Shown in pieces: positions 26,504-35,951 of a stretch of 64,000 bases of DNA. A model generated the notes under the pieces. The model worked only from the letters and a program-made list of their open reading frames with translations, was not told where the DNA came from and searched no databases. The DNA is taken from contig CADBNF010000023.1 of assembly GCA_902796005.1 (NCBI GenBank), positions 7,731 to 71,730 on the forward strand, read 5' to 3'. Each line of letters starts with the position of its first letter. Within the stretch, counting starts at the first letter, position 1. The position numbers and the translations under genes are program-made. The stretch comes from an uncultured Lachnospiraceae bacterium (GTDB lineage: Bacteria > Bacillota > Clostridia > Lachnospirales > Lachnospiraceae).

Positions 26504-27151
26504 TCAGGCATAAAAGCTTTCCATGATTTCCGCGGCTTTAAGCGGCCGGTCAAGGACGCTGCGGCAGGCCTTGTCCGCATGGTCGGACAGCTTTGGAAAA
26601 AGCGCCTCCGGCACCGGAAGCTGGAACAGCTTCTGCAGAGGAATCCGGCAGATTCCGTCGCACAGACGGTACAGTTCTTCCTCCATCCGGTCTTCCCTGG
26701 GGGCATACACACCGTTCATGGACAGCAGCCGCAGCTCGAAGAGCCTGCGTACCTTAAGGTCGGAGAATTCGGGATGGATAAGGGCATTCAGGGCAAGGTA
26801 CAGGAGGTTGAGCATATCGGTGCCGTCCACATTTTCCCTGCCGAAATAGTCCACAAAATCCAGGAAGTAAAAGCCCATGTACACCCCGGGAATCAGGGTG
26901 GTCAGCTCCCGGAAATACCGGGAGACACTGCCCTCCGTCAGGCTGTAGGCGCTTCTTCCCGCCACTAGGGTGAATTCTCCCATTACAAAGGGATTGGCCA
27001 CGGCCAGCAGCGGACTTCCCATGCGCCGGCAGCCCCTTGCAAAGGCGGTAATCCGGCCCAGGTCCGTGGTCTGTATCACCAGTCTTTTATCCTGCTCTCC
27101 GATGGGCTGTGCGGAAAGCACAATGCCCTGTACCTGAATCTTGTCGCTCAC
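26504..27151 (-). CDS. recO: DNA repair protein RecO
   Basis: 215 aa with a GTG start. N-terminal OB-fold pattern (VQGIVLSAQPIGEQDKRLVIQT..GRITAFARG). Lies directly after era, as in many Firmicutes. Confidence 0.85.
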   Translation of the reverse strand: MSDKIQVQGIVLSAQPIGEQDKRLVIQTTDLGRITAFARGCRRMGSPLLAVANPFVMGEFTLVAGRSAYSLTEGSVSRYFRELTTLIPGVYMGFYFLDFVDYFGRENVDGTDMLNLLYLALNALIHPEFSDLKVRRLFELRLLSMNGVYAPREDRMEEELYRLCDGICRIPLQKLFQLPVPEALFPKLSDHADKACRSVLDRPLKAAEIMESFYA

Positions 27152-27157
27152 GTTTCT

Positions 27158-28072
27158 TCAGCTTTCCATCCGGCTCTTGTCATAGCCGAAATTCTTCATC
27201 TGTACTTCACTGTCCCGCCAGTTGCTGCGGACCTTGACCCACAGCTTCAGGCTGACCTGCTGCTCTATCAGGTTCTCGATGTCCTTACGGGCATCGGTGC
27301 CGATCTTCTTGAGCATGCTGCCGCCCTTTCCGATGATGATGCCCTTGTGGGACTCCTTTTCGCAGATGATTTCCGCTTCGATGTCCGTAAGGCTCCCGTC
27401 GGGCCGCTCATGCATTTTGTTGATAACCACCGCGATGCCGTGGGGAATCTCCTCACCGAGAAGCCTGAGGGCCTTTTCCCGGATCAGCTCCGCGGCAATC
27501 TGCTTGACCGGCTGGTCAGTCACGGTTTCCTCATCGTAAAACATCGGTCCGTAGGGGAGAAGGCGGAAAATCTCCTCTTTAAGTTCCTCCACATTGGTGC
27601 CCTGCTTCGCCGACACCGCCAGGATGCGGGCAAAGGGCACGTTTTTGCGGAATTCGTCCAGCACCGCCTGCATCTCCGGCTTTTTAATCCTGTCGGCCTT
27701 GTTCACCACCAGGATCACCGGCAGGCGGCTTCTCTCCAGCATTTTCGCAATATGCCTGTCCGACTCGCCCAGGTAGGGGCTGGGCTCCACCAGCCAGAGC
27801 ACGGCGTCCACATTGGCCACAGCGCTTTCCGCCGCGGTCACCATGTATTCTCCCAGCTTGTTCTTCGCCTTGTGGATGCCCGGCGTATCCAGGAAAACAA
27901 TCTGTCCCTCAGGCCCGGTATAGACCGTACGGATACGGTTCCTGGTGGTCTGGGGTTTTCTTGAGGTTATGGCGATTTTCTGTCCGATCATCCGGTTCAT
28001 GAGGGTGGATTTTCCCACGTTCGGCCGGCCGATCAGGGCTACAAAGCCGGATTTTAAATTCTTTTCACTCAT
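27158..28072 (-). CDS. era: GTPase Era
   Basis: 304 aa. G1 GRPNVGKST, G3 DTPG, G4 NKAD, and a C-terminal KH domain. Confidence 0.92.
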   Translation of the reverse strand: MSEKNLKSGFVALIGRPNVGKSTLMNRMIGQKIAITSRKPQTTRNRIRTVYTGPEGQIVFLDTPGIHKAKNKLGEYMVTAAESAVANVDAVLWLVEPSPYLGESDRHIAKMLERSRLPVILVVNKADRIKKPEMQAVLDEFRKNVPFARILAVSAKQGTNVEELKEEIFRLLPYGPMFYDEETVTDQPVKQIAAELIREKALRLLGEEIPHGIAVVINKMHERPDGSLTDIEAEIICEKESHKGIIIGKGGSMLKKIGTDARKDIENLIEQQVSLKLWVKVRSNWRDSEVQMKNFGYDKSRMES

Positions 28073-28075
28073 CTT

Positions 28076-30985
28076 TTATACCTGTGAGAAGCTTCTTATC
28101 TCATCAAAGAGATCGGCATGCTTCTCTATGGCAGCCTCGCTGCCCACCACGCAGATATGGCGGAAATCCACCGCATCTCTGATTAAACCGGCAAGGGAAC
28201 GGAGCTTTTCCGGGTCCGCGGAAAGGATCTCTTCCCTTTCTCTCTGGAAATCCTCCTCCGTAATGCCCATAAACCAGGCATTGAGCGCCAGGACGCCCTT
28301 CGCGGAAGCGTTCATGGGTGTATCCAGCTCACTGACTGCGCTGATAATATAGCCCGTCATGGTACGTTCATCCGCGTCAAAGGCTTCCAGATACGCCGGA
28401 ATGTCCCTGAATACGTCATAGGTGGCGGCAAGATGCGGATCCCGGTAGGAAACCAGGAGGACCTCTCCCGTACGCCGGAAGACGCTCATACAGCCGTAGG
28501 CACCGCCTTTGACCCGCAGGTTCGTCCACAGATACTCATAATTCAGAACCGGCTTCAACACCTTCAGAAGGCCGGTATAGGCATAGCCCTTCTGCAGAAA
28601 ATTGCCTGCTGCAGCGGCAAACTGTACCTGCCCCGGGGTCTTGACCGCTTTCCTGCACTCTGAGGGCTTCCAGCTGAAGCCGCCCTCCGCGGTGCATTTT
28701 TCCGGAAGAAAAGCGGCGAAGCTTCCGGCTTCCGGAAGGAACCTGTCAAGTCCGGCGGGCTCCGATGTAATGTCCGTCATCAGATTATCCCGGGTGAAGA
28801 TACGCTGCATCAGTTCCTTCAGAACCGAAATGAGCTCTGTCTTTCGTTCATCAAAATGATTGTACAGGTTCTCAATAAAAAGGTAATAGGAATAACCGCC
28901 GATTCTTTCCTGCCAGCCGCCTGTGGGCGTCAGCCCCTCCTGGGCGATGCTGAGCGCCGTTAAATGCCCGGCCGCGGGAAGGGATGCCGAAAGGTCGGCG
29001 CGGATGCCGGAAAGGATTTCATACAGCCGTTTTTCGTCATCAAGCACGCTGCCGGAAAGGATCTCCTTTACCATTTCAAAGAAGAAAGCCGTCTCTTCAT
29101 ACAGGAACCTGGACCGGATGCCAAAGCAGTGCAGATCCTCCTGCCCGTTACGGGTAAAGACCTGCACACCGCAGCTGATCCCGCCCGTGCGGGCGTTGAT
29201 ATGATTGAACAGGGCGTTGTAGGTGAACCGGGCGGTGCTCACATTACCGAGGACGGATTTCAGGAAGCTTAAGTATTCCACCCATTCATCCGGTACATTT
29301 TTCGTATCAAACAGCAGTGTCACATAGGCGATGCCGTTGGTATCATATTCGTGATAAAGCAGTCCGGCATCACCGGCAGACAGTTCCCTTGTACGGAGCC
29401 TGACTGGTGTTTTTACGTCAATATCGGAAACGGAAAGCCTGGGAATGGCGGCTACCGCCTCCGGCGCGTCCTCCGATTCCTGGTAAAGCCGCAGGGCCTC
29501 CGTCTGGGCGGCAATACGGTCCAGCTCCTCTTCGGAAAGGGACTTTTTGTAAGCCTCCAGCTTTTCCGCCAGGGCCTGCTCCTTTCTGGCTGCCAGTCCC
29601 TTTTCCGGGGTCAGAACCATCACAACACTGTGGGGATTGTCCAGCAGCTTTTCCTCGATCAGCTTTTCGTAATACCCGGTACCGATACGTTTTTTCAGCT
29701 CTTCGAAAATCTCCAGCTGCTTCAGACCGTCAAACACCTTGTCATCGTCATACAGCCAGGTATCCAGCATCCCCAGACCGTACATCAGGCCCTTGGGATA
29801 GCTGGCATAATCCGCTTCACGGAAGCGGAATTCATAAAAGTGAATGGCGGAACGCAGGGCAAGCTCATCGATGCCCTCGCGGCAGAGCTTTTCCAGCGTT
29901 TCCCTGATAACCTTCAGGAACCTGTCCTTGTCTTCCGCCTCGGCGTATTTCACACTCACTTCAAAGAAAGGCTGCAGAATACCATCGGAAAAACCGCCGC
30001 TGACATCCTTGCCGATGCCTGCGTCCAGAAGGGCCTGCTTCACCGGCGCCCCCGGCGCGGTAAGAAGGACGTTTTCCAGAACGGAGAAAGCGGAAACCGA
30101 CAGATTATCCAGGCCGTCGCACACGGCTGATGCGGTGCAAAGATAGGTGTTCTCCTCCAGCGGGTCATCATCCAGGACCGGGAAGGACATGTGGATCTCC
30201 TTCGGCGCGTCAAATGCGGCCTGGCGGGCCAGTGCGGAGTCGATATCCAGGCGGTCAAAGGCGCTTAAATACTCCCTGTCCAGCCATTCCAGCCTTTCCT
30301 CCATATCACAGTTTCCGTAGAAAAAGATATAGCTGTTGGAGGGATGGTAATACCTCTTATGAAAATCCAGGAACTCCTCATAGGTTAAATCCGGTATGTA
30401 CTGCGGATCGCCGCCGGATTCCACGCCATAGGCGGTATCCGGAAACAGTGCGGAAAACATTTCTCTTTCCAGCACGGCTTCCGCAGAGGAAAAGGCGCCC
30501 TTCATTTCGTTGTAAACCACACCGTTGATGGTCAGCGGGTCCTCTTTGTTTTCCAGATGATAATGCCAGCCTTCCTGGCGGAAAATCATCTCATTTTTGT
30601 AAATGTTCGGATATAAAACCGCGTCCATATATACGTCACACAGATTCTTAAAATCCGTGTCGTTGCAGCTGGCCACCGGATACGCGGTTTTATCCGGATA
30701 GGTCATGGCGTTCAGGAAGGTGTTCATTGAGCCCTTCACCAGCTCGACAAAGGGATCCTTCACCGGATATTTCCGGGAGCCGCAAAGAACGGAATGCTCG
30801 ATAATGTGGGCAACGCCGGTGGAATTGACCGACGGTGTACGGAAGGAAATGCAGAACACCTTGTTCTCATCCTCGTTGGACAGAAAAACCACCCTTGCGC
30901 CGGTTTTATTATGCACAAGGTACGTTCCTCTGGCATGGATGTCCGCAATCTCCTCATTTTTCAGCAGCGAGTAGGCTTGATTCAT
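28076..30985 (-). CDS. M16 (insulinase/pitrilysin) family zinc peptidase, PreP-like long form
   Basis: ORF 28076..31015. I prefer the ATG at 30985 (MNQAYSLLK) because AAGGAG sits 9 nt upstream of it, whereas the 31015 ATG lies inside a hairpin stem. Inverted zinc motif HIIEH (GVAHIIEHSVLCGS). Confidence 0.85.
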   Translation of the reverse strand: MNQAYSLLKNEEIADIHARGTYLVHNKTGARVVFLSNEDENKVFCISFRTPSVNSTGVAHIIEHSVLCGSRKYPVKDPFVELVKGSMNTFLNAMTYPDKTAYPVASCNDTDFKNLCDVYMDAVLYPNIYKNEMIFRQEGWHYHLENKEDPLTINGVVYNEMKGAFSSAEAVLEREMFSALFPDTAYGVESGGDPQYIPDLTYEEFLDFHKRYYHPSNSYIFFYGNCDMEERLEWLDREYLSAFDRLDIDSALARQAAFDAPKEIHMSFPVLDDDPLEENTYLCTASAVCDGLDNLSVSAFSVLENVLLTAPGAPVKQALLDAGIGKDVSGGFSDGILQPFFEVSVKYAEAEDKDRFLKVIRETLEKLCREGIDELALRSAIHFYEFRFREADYASYPKGLMYGLGMLDTWLYDDDKVFDGLKQLEIFEELKKRIGTGYYEKLIEEKLLDNPHSVVMVLTPEKGLAARKEQALAEKLEAYKKSLSEEELDRIAAQTEALRLYQESEDAPEAVAAIPRLSVSDIDVKTPVRLRTRELSAGDAGLLYHEYDTNGIAYVTLLFDTKNVPDEWVEYLSFLKSVLGNVSTARFTYNALFNHINARTGGISCGVQVFTRNGQEDLHCFGIRSRFLYEETAFFFEMVKEILSGSVLDDEKRLYEILSGIRADLSASLPAAGHLTALSIAQEGLTPTGGWQERIGGYSYYLFIENLYNHFDERKTELISVLKELMQRIFTRDNLMTDITSEPAGLDRFLPEAGSFAAFLPEKCTAEGGFSWKPSECRKAVKTPGQVQFAAAAGNFLQKGYAYTGLLKVLKPVLNYEYLWTNLRVKGGAYGCMSVFRRTGEVLLVSYRDPHLAATYDVFRDIPAYLEAFDADERTMTGYIISAVSELDTPMNASAKGVLALNAWFMGITEEDFQREREEILSADPEKLRSLAGLIRDAVDFRHICVVGSEAAIEKHADLFDEIRSFSQV

Positions 30986-31008
30986 CAGTAAGTACTCCTT
31001 TACAACAG

Positions 31009-31040
31009 TTGCCATTTACAGTAAAGACCGCAAATGGCAA
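31009..31040 (-). other. Perfect 9-bp inverted repeat between the GT2 gene and the M16 peptidase gene
   Basis: TTGCCATTT (31009..31017) / AAATGGCAA (31032..31040) with a 14-nt loop and no clear T-run. Possibly an RNA processing or attenuation hairpin. Confidence 0.4.
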
Positions 31041-31049
31041 CCGATTCGC

Positions 31050-32009
31050 TCATATTTTGTCAGGAAGCTGTTTTTCCATTCTTTTCCAGTACTCCTTGTT
31101 CAGGCACAGCGACCTGTCCAGGACGCCGGGCAGCCTGCGGTAGTGTTTTCCCAGAAAATAACCGATATACTTGCAGCCGCTTTTCCAGAACAGGGGAAAC
31201 AGAAGCCAGACCTTCCCGTTCCTGCAGATGTAGGAAGCGGTATTCTTTACCAGCTTCATGCCCTCTTTTTCCGAAGGATACCGGGAAAAAATCTTTTCGT
31301 TCTGCTTCTGGCTGACCCCGATATCGAAGTTCCGGCGCAGCTGCTGCATGCCGGAATACCGGTGGCTGTGGTATACCCTGGCGTCCGCCACATAGGCGAC
31401 GCTCATGTCCGCCTCAATCACCTTTTCCGCATAAAGCATGTCTTCGTTCAGAATGACCGGTGCGTCAAAGCCGCCAAGGGAATCGAAAATCCGGTGGTTG
31501 TAGGCCGCGCAGACATTGGAGCAGAAAAAGGTCTTGATCCCCATACGGGGAAGGTCCGCCCGGCTCTTGATCCGGCCCTTGGGCGGATAGTTGAAATGCC
31601 GGGTGTAGGACTCGATAAGTCCTGCATTTTTCTTCGGAATCTGCCGGGCGTAGGATACCGCGGCTTCTCCCGCGGCCACAGGCCGGATAAGGTTCGCCAG
31701 CACGTTGTTGTCCGCAGGGACCGCATCCTGGGTCATGAAGACCAGGAGGGCCGCATCGGACAGGGAGGCGCCGAAATTCCTGGTGCCGCCGTGGTCAAAC
31801 TCTTCCCTGCGGATATGGGTGACGGAAAGGTTCGGGTACGCCTCTTCCCAGGCCGTATTCCAGTACTGCTCCTCCGTGTTGATGACAATGATTTTTCGCG
31901 GGGCTTTTGTCTGCCTGTTCAGGCCGGTTAACAGCTGGGCAAACTCCGGCCCCGGTTTATGGGTAGGGATGATAACATCCAACTGATCGTTTCTTTCGTA
32001 TTCCTGCAT
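31050..32009 (-). CDS. Glycosyltransferase family 2 (rhamnosyltransferase-like)
   Basis: 319 aa. N-terminal GT-A fold (DVIIPTHKPGPEF...IIVINT) and a DxD-like FMTQDAVP. Confidence 0.8.
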   Translation of the reverse strand: MQEYERNDQLDVIIPTHKPGPEFAQLLTGLNRQTKAPRKIIVINTEEQYWNTAWEEAYPNLSVTHIRREEFDHGGTRNFGASLSDAALLVFMTQDAVPADNNVLANLIRPVAAGEAAVSYARQIPKKNAGLIESYTRHFNYPPKGRIKSRADLPRMGIKTFFCSNVCAAYNHRIFDSLGGFDAPVILNEDMLYAEKVIEADMSVAYVADARVYHSHRYSGMQQLRRNFDIGVSQKQNEKIFSRYPSEKEGMKLVKNTASYICRNGKVWLLFPLFWKSGCKYIGYFLGKHYRRLPGVLDRSLCLNKEYWKRMEKQLPDKI

Positions 32010-32036
32010 TGTACTGCTGTCTCCTGCTTTCCGGCT

Positions 32037-33425
32037 TTACTGCCCGCCGTTTTCCCTCCACTGACGGACCTCCTCGTCCATCTGCTCGTTCCATCCGGGA
32101 ATCTCCGCATTGTCCTCCATCTCCGCGTATTTCTGGATATAGGAGGCGTCAAAGCCGGCGATGTTGATGATGCCCTGGCTGTATTCCTGCACGGTCCAGG
32201 AAGGCGTATAGGGTACATCCGGGAACAGGAAATTGTGCAGAAGCGTTACATTGTATTCCAGCGTTACGGGGATAACACAGTCATCGCCCGAATAGGTTCC
32301 GTCGTCGTCCACGTGCACGAAGGGGAAGCCGCACTGGTCTTCCGCCGTCATGGAATACTTCAGGACAGGCTGGATCATGCCCAGGAGCCTGCCGTTGTCC
32401 ATGTTGGTGTAGCACAGGGGAAGGACTGCATCCAGGATGGCATTGAGCGTGCCGAAATCCGCGGTTTTCGCCTTCTCCTTGATCAGCTCCAGCACGTGTC
32501 TCTGCCGGGATGCCCGCCGGAAATCACCGCCTTCGGTGTAACGGATACGGGCATAGGAGGTTGCCTGGGTGCCGGTGCAGTGGAATACCATCTGCTGGGC
32601 GCCGTCGAACTCCTCCTGGGGCGGCATGGCCAGCTCCTCGTAGGGTTCTCCGCAGGCTTCCGAGGTCTCGTAGTTATAGTTGTTCAGATGGATGACCTCC
32701 TGCCGGGTCATGCTGATGTCCAGCCCGCCCAGAAGGTCGATGACCTTGGTCAGCGCCCGGAAGTCCACCGTAATGAATTCGGTGATGTTGAAGTCCATGT
32801 TCAGGTTCACCATGGACAGGAACTGCTCCGCGCTTCCCAGGTTGTAGGCCGCATTGGCCTTGTCATAGGTATCCGGTGTGCCGTAATAGTCCTCACCGAT
32901 ATTCAGCAGGGTATCCCTGTAGAGGGATACCAGCTTGATCCGCTGGTTATTATGGTCAATCACCGCGATAATCATGGTATCGGAGTTTTTGCCCTCCGAG
33001 GTATCGTTCAGGTCCCGGGTATCTATGCCGATCAGGGCGATGGTGTCCACACCGGACAGGCCCGTGGGTTCGGGGGTGGGTTCGGGCTCCACTTCCGCCG
33101 TCACGGCTTCACCCTCCTGGCCGTCTTCTATGGAAATCTGTTCCTGGGCCTGCCGCTGTCTTTCCTTCTCCGCATTGACCTCGGAGGAGGTTTTCACCCG
33201 CGTCTCGTCCAGTTCCACACGCTGGACCAGGTTCAGCTTATTCGTGCCCCAGGCCACAACGCCGATGCCCAGGACAAGGACGGCCACAAGCACAATTTCC
33301 ACAACCAGCTGAATCTTTTTGCGTTTTCTCCGCTTCGCTGCGCGGGCCATCATTTCTCTTCTTGCCGCCACCCTTCTGGCGGTTTCGTCCCTCGGGACAT
33401 CATTTCTGTCTCTTCTGTCTGCCAT
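32037..33425 (-). CDS. LCP (LytR-CpsA-Psr) family glycopolymer-peptidoglycan ligase
   Basis: 462 aa. Basic N-terminus plus one TM segment, then LCP blocks (IALIGIDTRD...NSDTMIIAVID...LVSLYRDT). Confidence 0.85.
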   Translation of the reverse strand: MADRRDRNDVPRDETARRVAARREMMARAAKRRKRKKIQLVVEIVLVAVLVLGIGVVAWGTNKLNLVQRVELDETRVKTSSEVNAEKERQRQAQEQISIEDGQEGEAVTAEVEPEPTPEPTGLSGVDTIALIGIDTRDLNDTSEGKNSDTMIIAVIDHNNQRIKLVSLYRDTLLNIGEDYYGTPDTYDKANAAYNLGSAEQFLSMVNLNMDFNITEFITVDFRALTKVIDLLGGLDISMTRQEVIHLNNYNYETSEACGEPYEELAMPPQEEFDGAQQMVFHCTGTQATSYARIRYTEGGDFRRASRQRHVLELIKEKAKTADFGTLNAILDAVLPLCYTNMDNGRLLGMIQPVLKYSMTAEDQCGFPFVHVDDDGTYSGDDCVIPVTLEYNVTLLHNFLFPDVPYTPSWTVQEYSQGIINIAGFDASYIQKYAEMEDNAEIPGWNEQMDEEVRQWRENGGQ

Positions 33426-33461
33426 TAAACTCTCCCTTATTTATGCCCTGCCGGCCGTCGG

Positions 33462-34880
33462 TCAGTAGGCATTCTTGTTGACAAACCCCTTGAATACGGT
33501 CAGGAACAGGATACGGAAATCAAAGCTCACTGACCAGTTCTCGATGTAATACAGATCATACTCAATACGCTTCTGGATGGAGGTATCGCCCCGAAGGCCG
33601 TTGACCTGGGCCCAGCCGGTAATACCCGGCCGCACCTGGTGCTTGACCATGTAACGCGGGATTTCCTCCTTGAACTTCTCCACAAAATACGGTCTCTCAG
33701 GCCTTGGTCCCACCAGGGACATATCGCCTTTTAAGACATTGAAAAACTGGGGCAGCTCGTCAATGCTGGTTTTGCGGATGAACCTGCCGAAGGGCGTGAC
33801 CCTCGGGTCTCCCTTGACAGTCCAGGCCTTCTTCTCTTCCTTCTCCGACTGTACCTTCATGGACCGGAATTTGTACATTTCAAATTCCCGGTTGTGCAGT
33901 CCTACGCGGATCTGCCGGAAAATCAGCGGTCCGGGCGAGGTCAGCTTGATGCCGATGACCGCCACCAGCATCAGCGGGGAAAACAGCCCGATAAGCAGCA
34001 GCGAGCCGATGATGTCTCCCAGCCTTTTCAGGGCCGCGTTGAATCCGTTGCTTAAGGGCACGTACCGGATATTGATGGCCGGCAGGCCCCACAGATCCTC
34101 CGTAAAGGGTCTTGTCGAGATGATATTATAATAGTCAGGTATGAATTTTGTGTGAACGCCTGACTTTTCGCATTCCTGCACGATTTTTTCCAGTTTCGGG
34201 TATTCCTCCAGGGAAAGGGTGATGTCCACTTCCTCCACCTTGTTCTCCTGCAGGTATCCGGCCAGATCCTCCGTCCTGCCCACCACCTTTACCTTGCGGT
34301 AGGCGGTGCCGGGTTCGGCATGGTCGTCCAGGATACCCAGAACCTTGTAGCCCCATTCCGGGAAGCGGATGATCCGGTCGATCAGTTCCTCGGCGGAACG
34401 GCTGTAGCCCACCAGTATAAGGTGTCTCGTCCCGTAGCCCTTTGCCAGCAGCTTTTCGAAGGAGGACCGCAGGCCCAGCCTCACGGCAAAGTCAACAATC
34501 ATGTTGAGGAGGTAAAAGATGACCAGAAAGCCCCGGGAAAAATGGATCTGCTTCACTACGTACAGGCCGACGATAACGATGATAAGGCCCGCGGTATTGG
34601 CGATAATAATCCCAACGGCTTCGTTCCTGCGCCGCAGGGAACGGAAATCCGAATACAGGTGCAGGGCAAAGTACAGGATCAGGAACAGGGGTATGATAAA
34701 AATCAGCGCCCGCAGGTAGTAATCCAGCGACAGTGTCCTGACGGGGTCGCCGAAAATACTCGTCCGGAAACGCAGAAGCCAGGCCAGAAAATAAGTAACA
34801 GCTATGACGGCAATATCTGCAATGATCTGAACACGTATGATGTATTTCTGATTATCATTCATAACCGTCTTCCCTTGCAT
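33462..34880 (-). CDS. Polyprenyl-phosphate hexose-1-phosphate transferase (WcaJ/EpsL-type priming sugar transferase)
   Basis: 472 aa. N-terminal TM bundle and a C-terminal bacterial sugar-transferase domain (PLIFRQIRVG...YKFRSM...DELPQFFNVLKGDMSLVGPRP). The start could instead be the ATG at 34862. Confidence 0.88.
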   Translation of the reverse strand: MQGKTVMNDNQKYIIRVQIIADIAVIAVTYFLAWLLRFRTSIFGDPVRTLSLDYYLRALIFIIPLFLILYFALHLYSDFRSLRRRNEAVGIIIANTAGLIIVIVGLYVVKQIHFSRGFLVIFYLLNMIVDFAVRLGLRSSFEKLLAKGYGTRHLILVGYSRSAEELIDRIIRFPEWGYKVLGILDDHAEPGTAYRKVKVVGRTEDLAGYLQENKVEEVDITLSLEEYPKLEKIVQECEKSGVHTKFIPDYYNIISTRPFTEDLWGLPAINIRYVPLSNGFNAALKRLGDIIGSLLLIGLFSPLMLVAVIGIKLTSPGPLIFRQIRVGLHNREFEMYKFRSMKVQSEKEEKKAWTVKGDPRVTPFGRFIRKTSIDELPQFFNVLKGDMSLVGPRPERPYFVEKFKEEIPRYMVKHQVRPGITGWAQVNGLRGDTSIQKRIEYDLYYIENWSVSFDFRILFLTVFKGFVNKNAY

Positions 34881-34918
34881 TCTCCCGGTGCGGGGTGCAC
34901 CGTGTTTTCATTCATCCG

Positions 34919-34950
34919 TATAGTATACTATACTTTCGGAAAAGGAACAA
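34919..34950 (-). promoter_or_regulatory. Putative promoter of the priming transferase gene, overlapped by a perfect 14-nt AT palindrome
   Basis: Minus strand: TTGTTC (34945..34950), 17-nt spacer, TATACT (34922..34927). The palindrome TATAGTATACTATA spans 34919..34932. Confidence 0.4.
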
Positions 34951-34973
34951 GCCCGGAAGGCCTCACCTGCCGG

Positions 34974-35936
34974 TCACCTGCGGCGGAAAAGGCTGGCAAA
35001 AAGGCTCAGCTCAATCCGGCAGTACCGCAGGAAATGCCCTTTGCCCAGGGAGGCCGCGCGCTTTTTCGCAGATGCGGAGCGGCCCAGGCTCCTGCCCTCC
35101 CTTAAGCCCTCCTCATATTCCTTCCCCAGGCCTTTTTTGCTGAAATAGAGCTTTTTGAGCATGAAGCCCGCAAAAAGGAAGGGTGTATTTATGATACGCT
35201 GGGGAAGGGGCATATTTTTGTAAACCAGATAAATATTATTTCGTGCGGAATACCGTACCTTGAAGGGATTGTGGGCGGAGCCGGTGGTGCCGGAGCCCAC
35301 ATGCCTTACCTTTGCCGCGGGCAGGAACCAGTTCTCGTAGCCCAGGATATTGGCCCGGTAACAGATGTCCAGGTCCTCCAGATAGGCAAAATGCTTCTCG
35401 TCGAACAGTCCGGTTTCCTCAAAAAGCCGCTTCCGGTAAATGGCCGCGCCTGCGCAGCAGGAAAATACCCGGCAGGGCTTTGTATAGCCGGAGGCCTCCC
35501 TGCCCTTGCCCCGGGCAAAGGCCCAGCCGAGGACATTGTACCAGTCTCCCGCCGCATCGATGATCTCCGGCCGGTCGGCCACCAGCATCTTCGCCGTGCC
35601 GGCAAAGGCCTTCGGCCGCTTCTCCATGCCCCGGTACAGGGCTTCCACGAATTTCCTGTGGGGGATGGTATCATTGTTCAGCAGGATGACGTATTCGCCC
35701 ACGGCTTCTTTGATGCCCGCGTTCACCGCCTTGCAGAAGCCCCGGTTTTCCGGCCAGGAAATCACCCGCACCTGCGGATATTCTTTTCTCAGGTATTCCA
35801 GGCTGCCGTCGGAAGAGCCGTTGTCCACCACGATAATCTCAAAATCCGTCATGGACTGTCCGGCCAGGGAAGGAAGGCAGCCGGCCAGGAAATGTCTGCC
35901 GTTATAATTCGGGATCACCACGCTTACAGGCACCAT
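34974..35936 (-). CDS. Glycosyltransferase family 2
   Basis: 320 aa. VSVVIPNYNG...IIVVDNGSSDGS...LLNNDT GT-A motifs. Confidence 0.85.
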   Translation of the reverse strand: MVPVSVVIPNYNGRHFLAGCLPSLAGQSMTDFEIIVVDNGSSDGSLEYLRKEYPQVRVISWPENRGFCKAVNAGIKEAVGEYVILLNNDTIPHRKFVEALYRGMEKRPKAFAGTAKMLVADRPEIIDAAGDWYNVLGWAFARGKGREASGYTKPCRVFSCCAGAAIYRKRLFEETGLFDEKHFAYLEDLDICYRANILGYENWFLPAAKVRHVGSGTTGSAHNPFKVRYSARNNIYLVYKNMPLPQRIINTPFLFAGFMLKKLYFSKKGLGKEYEEGLREGRSLGRSASAKKRAASLGKGHFLRYCRIELSLFASLFRRR

Positions 35937-35951
35937 GCTGCAGTTAAACTC

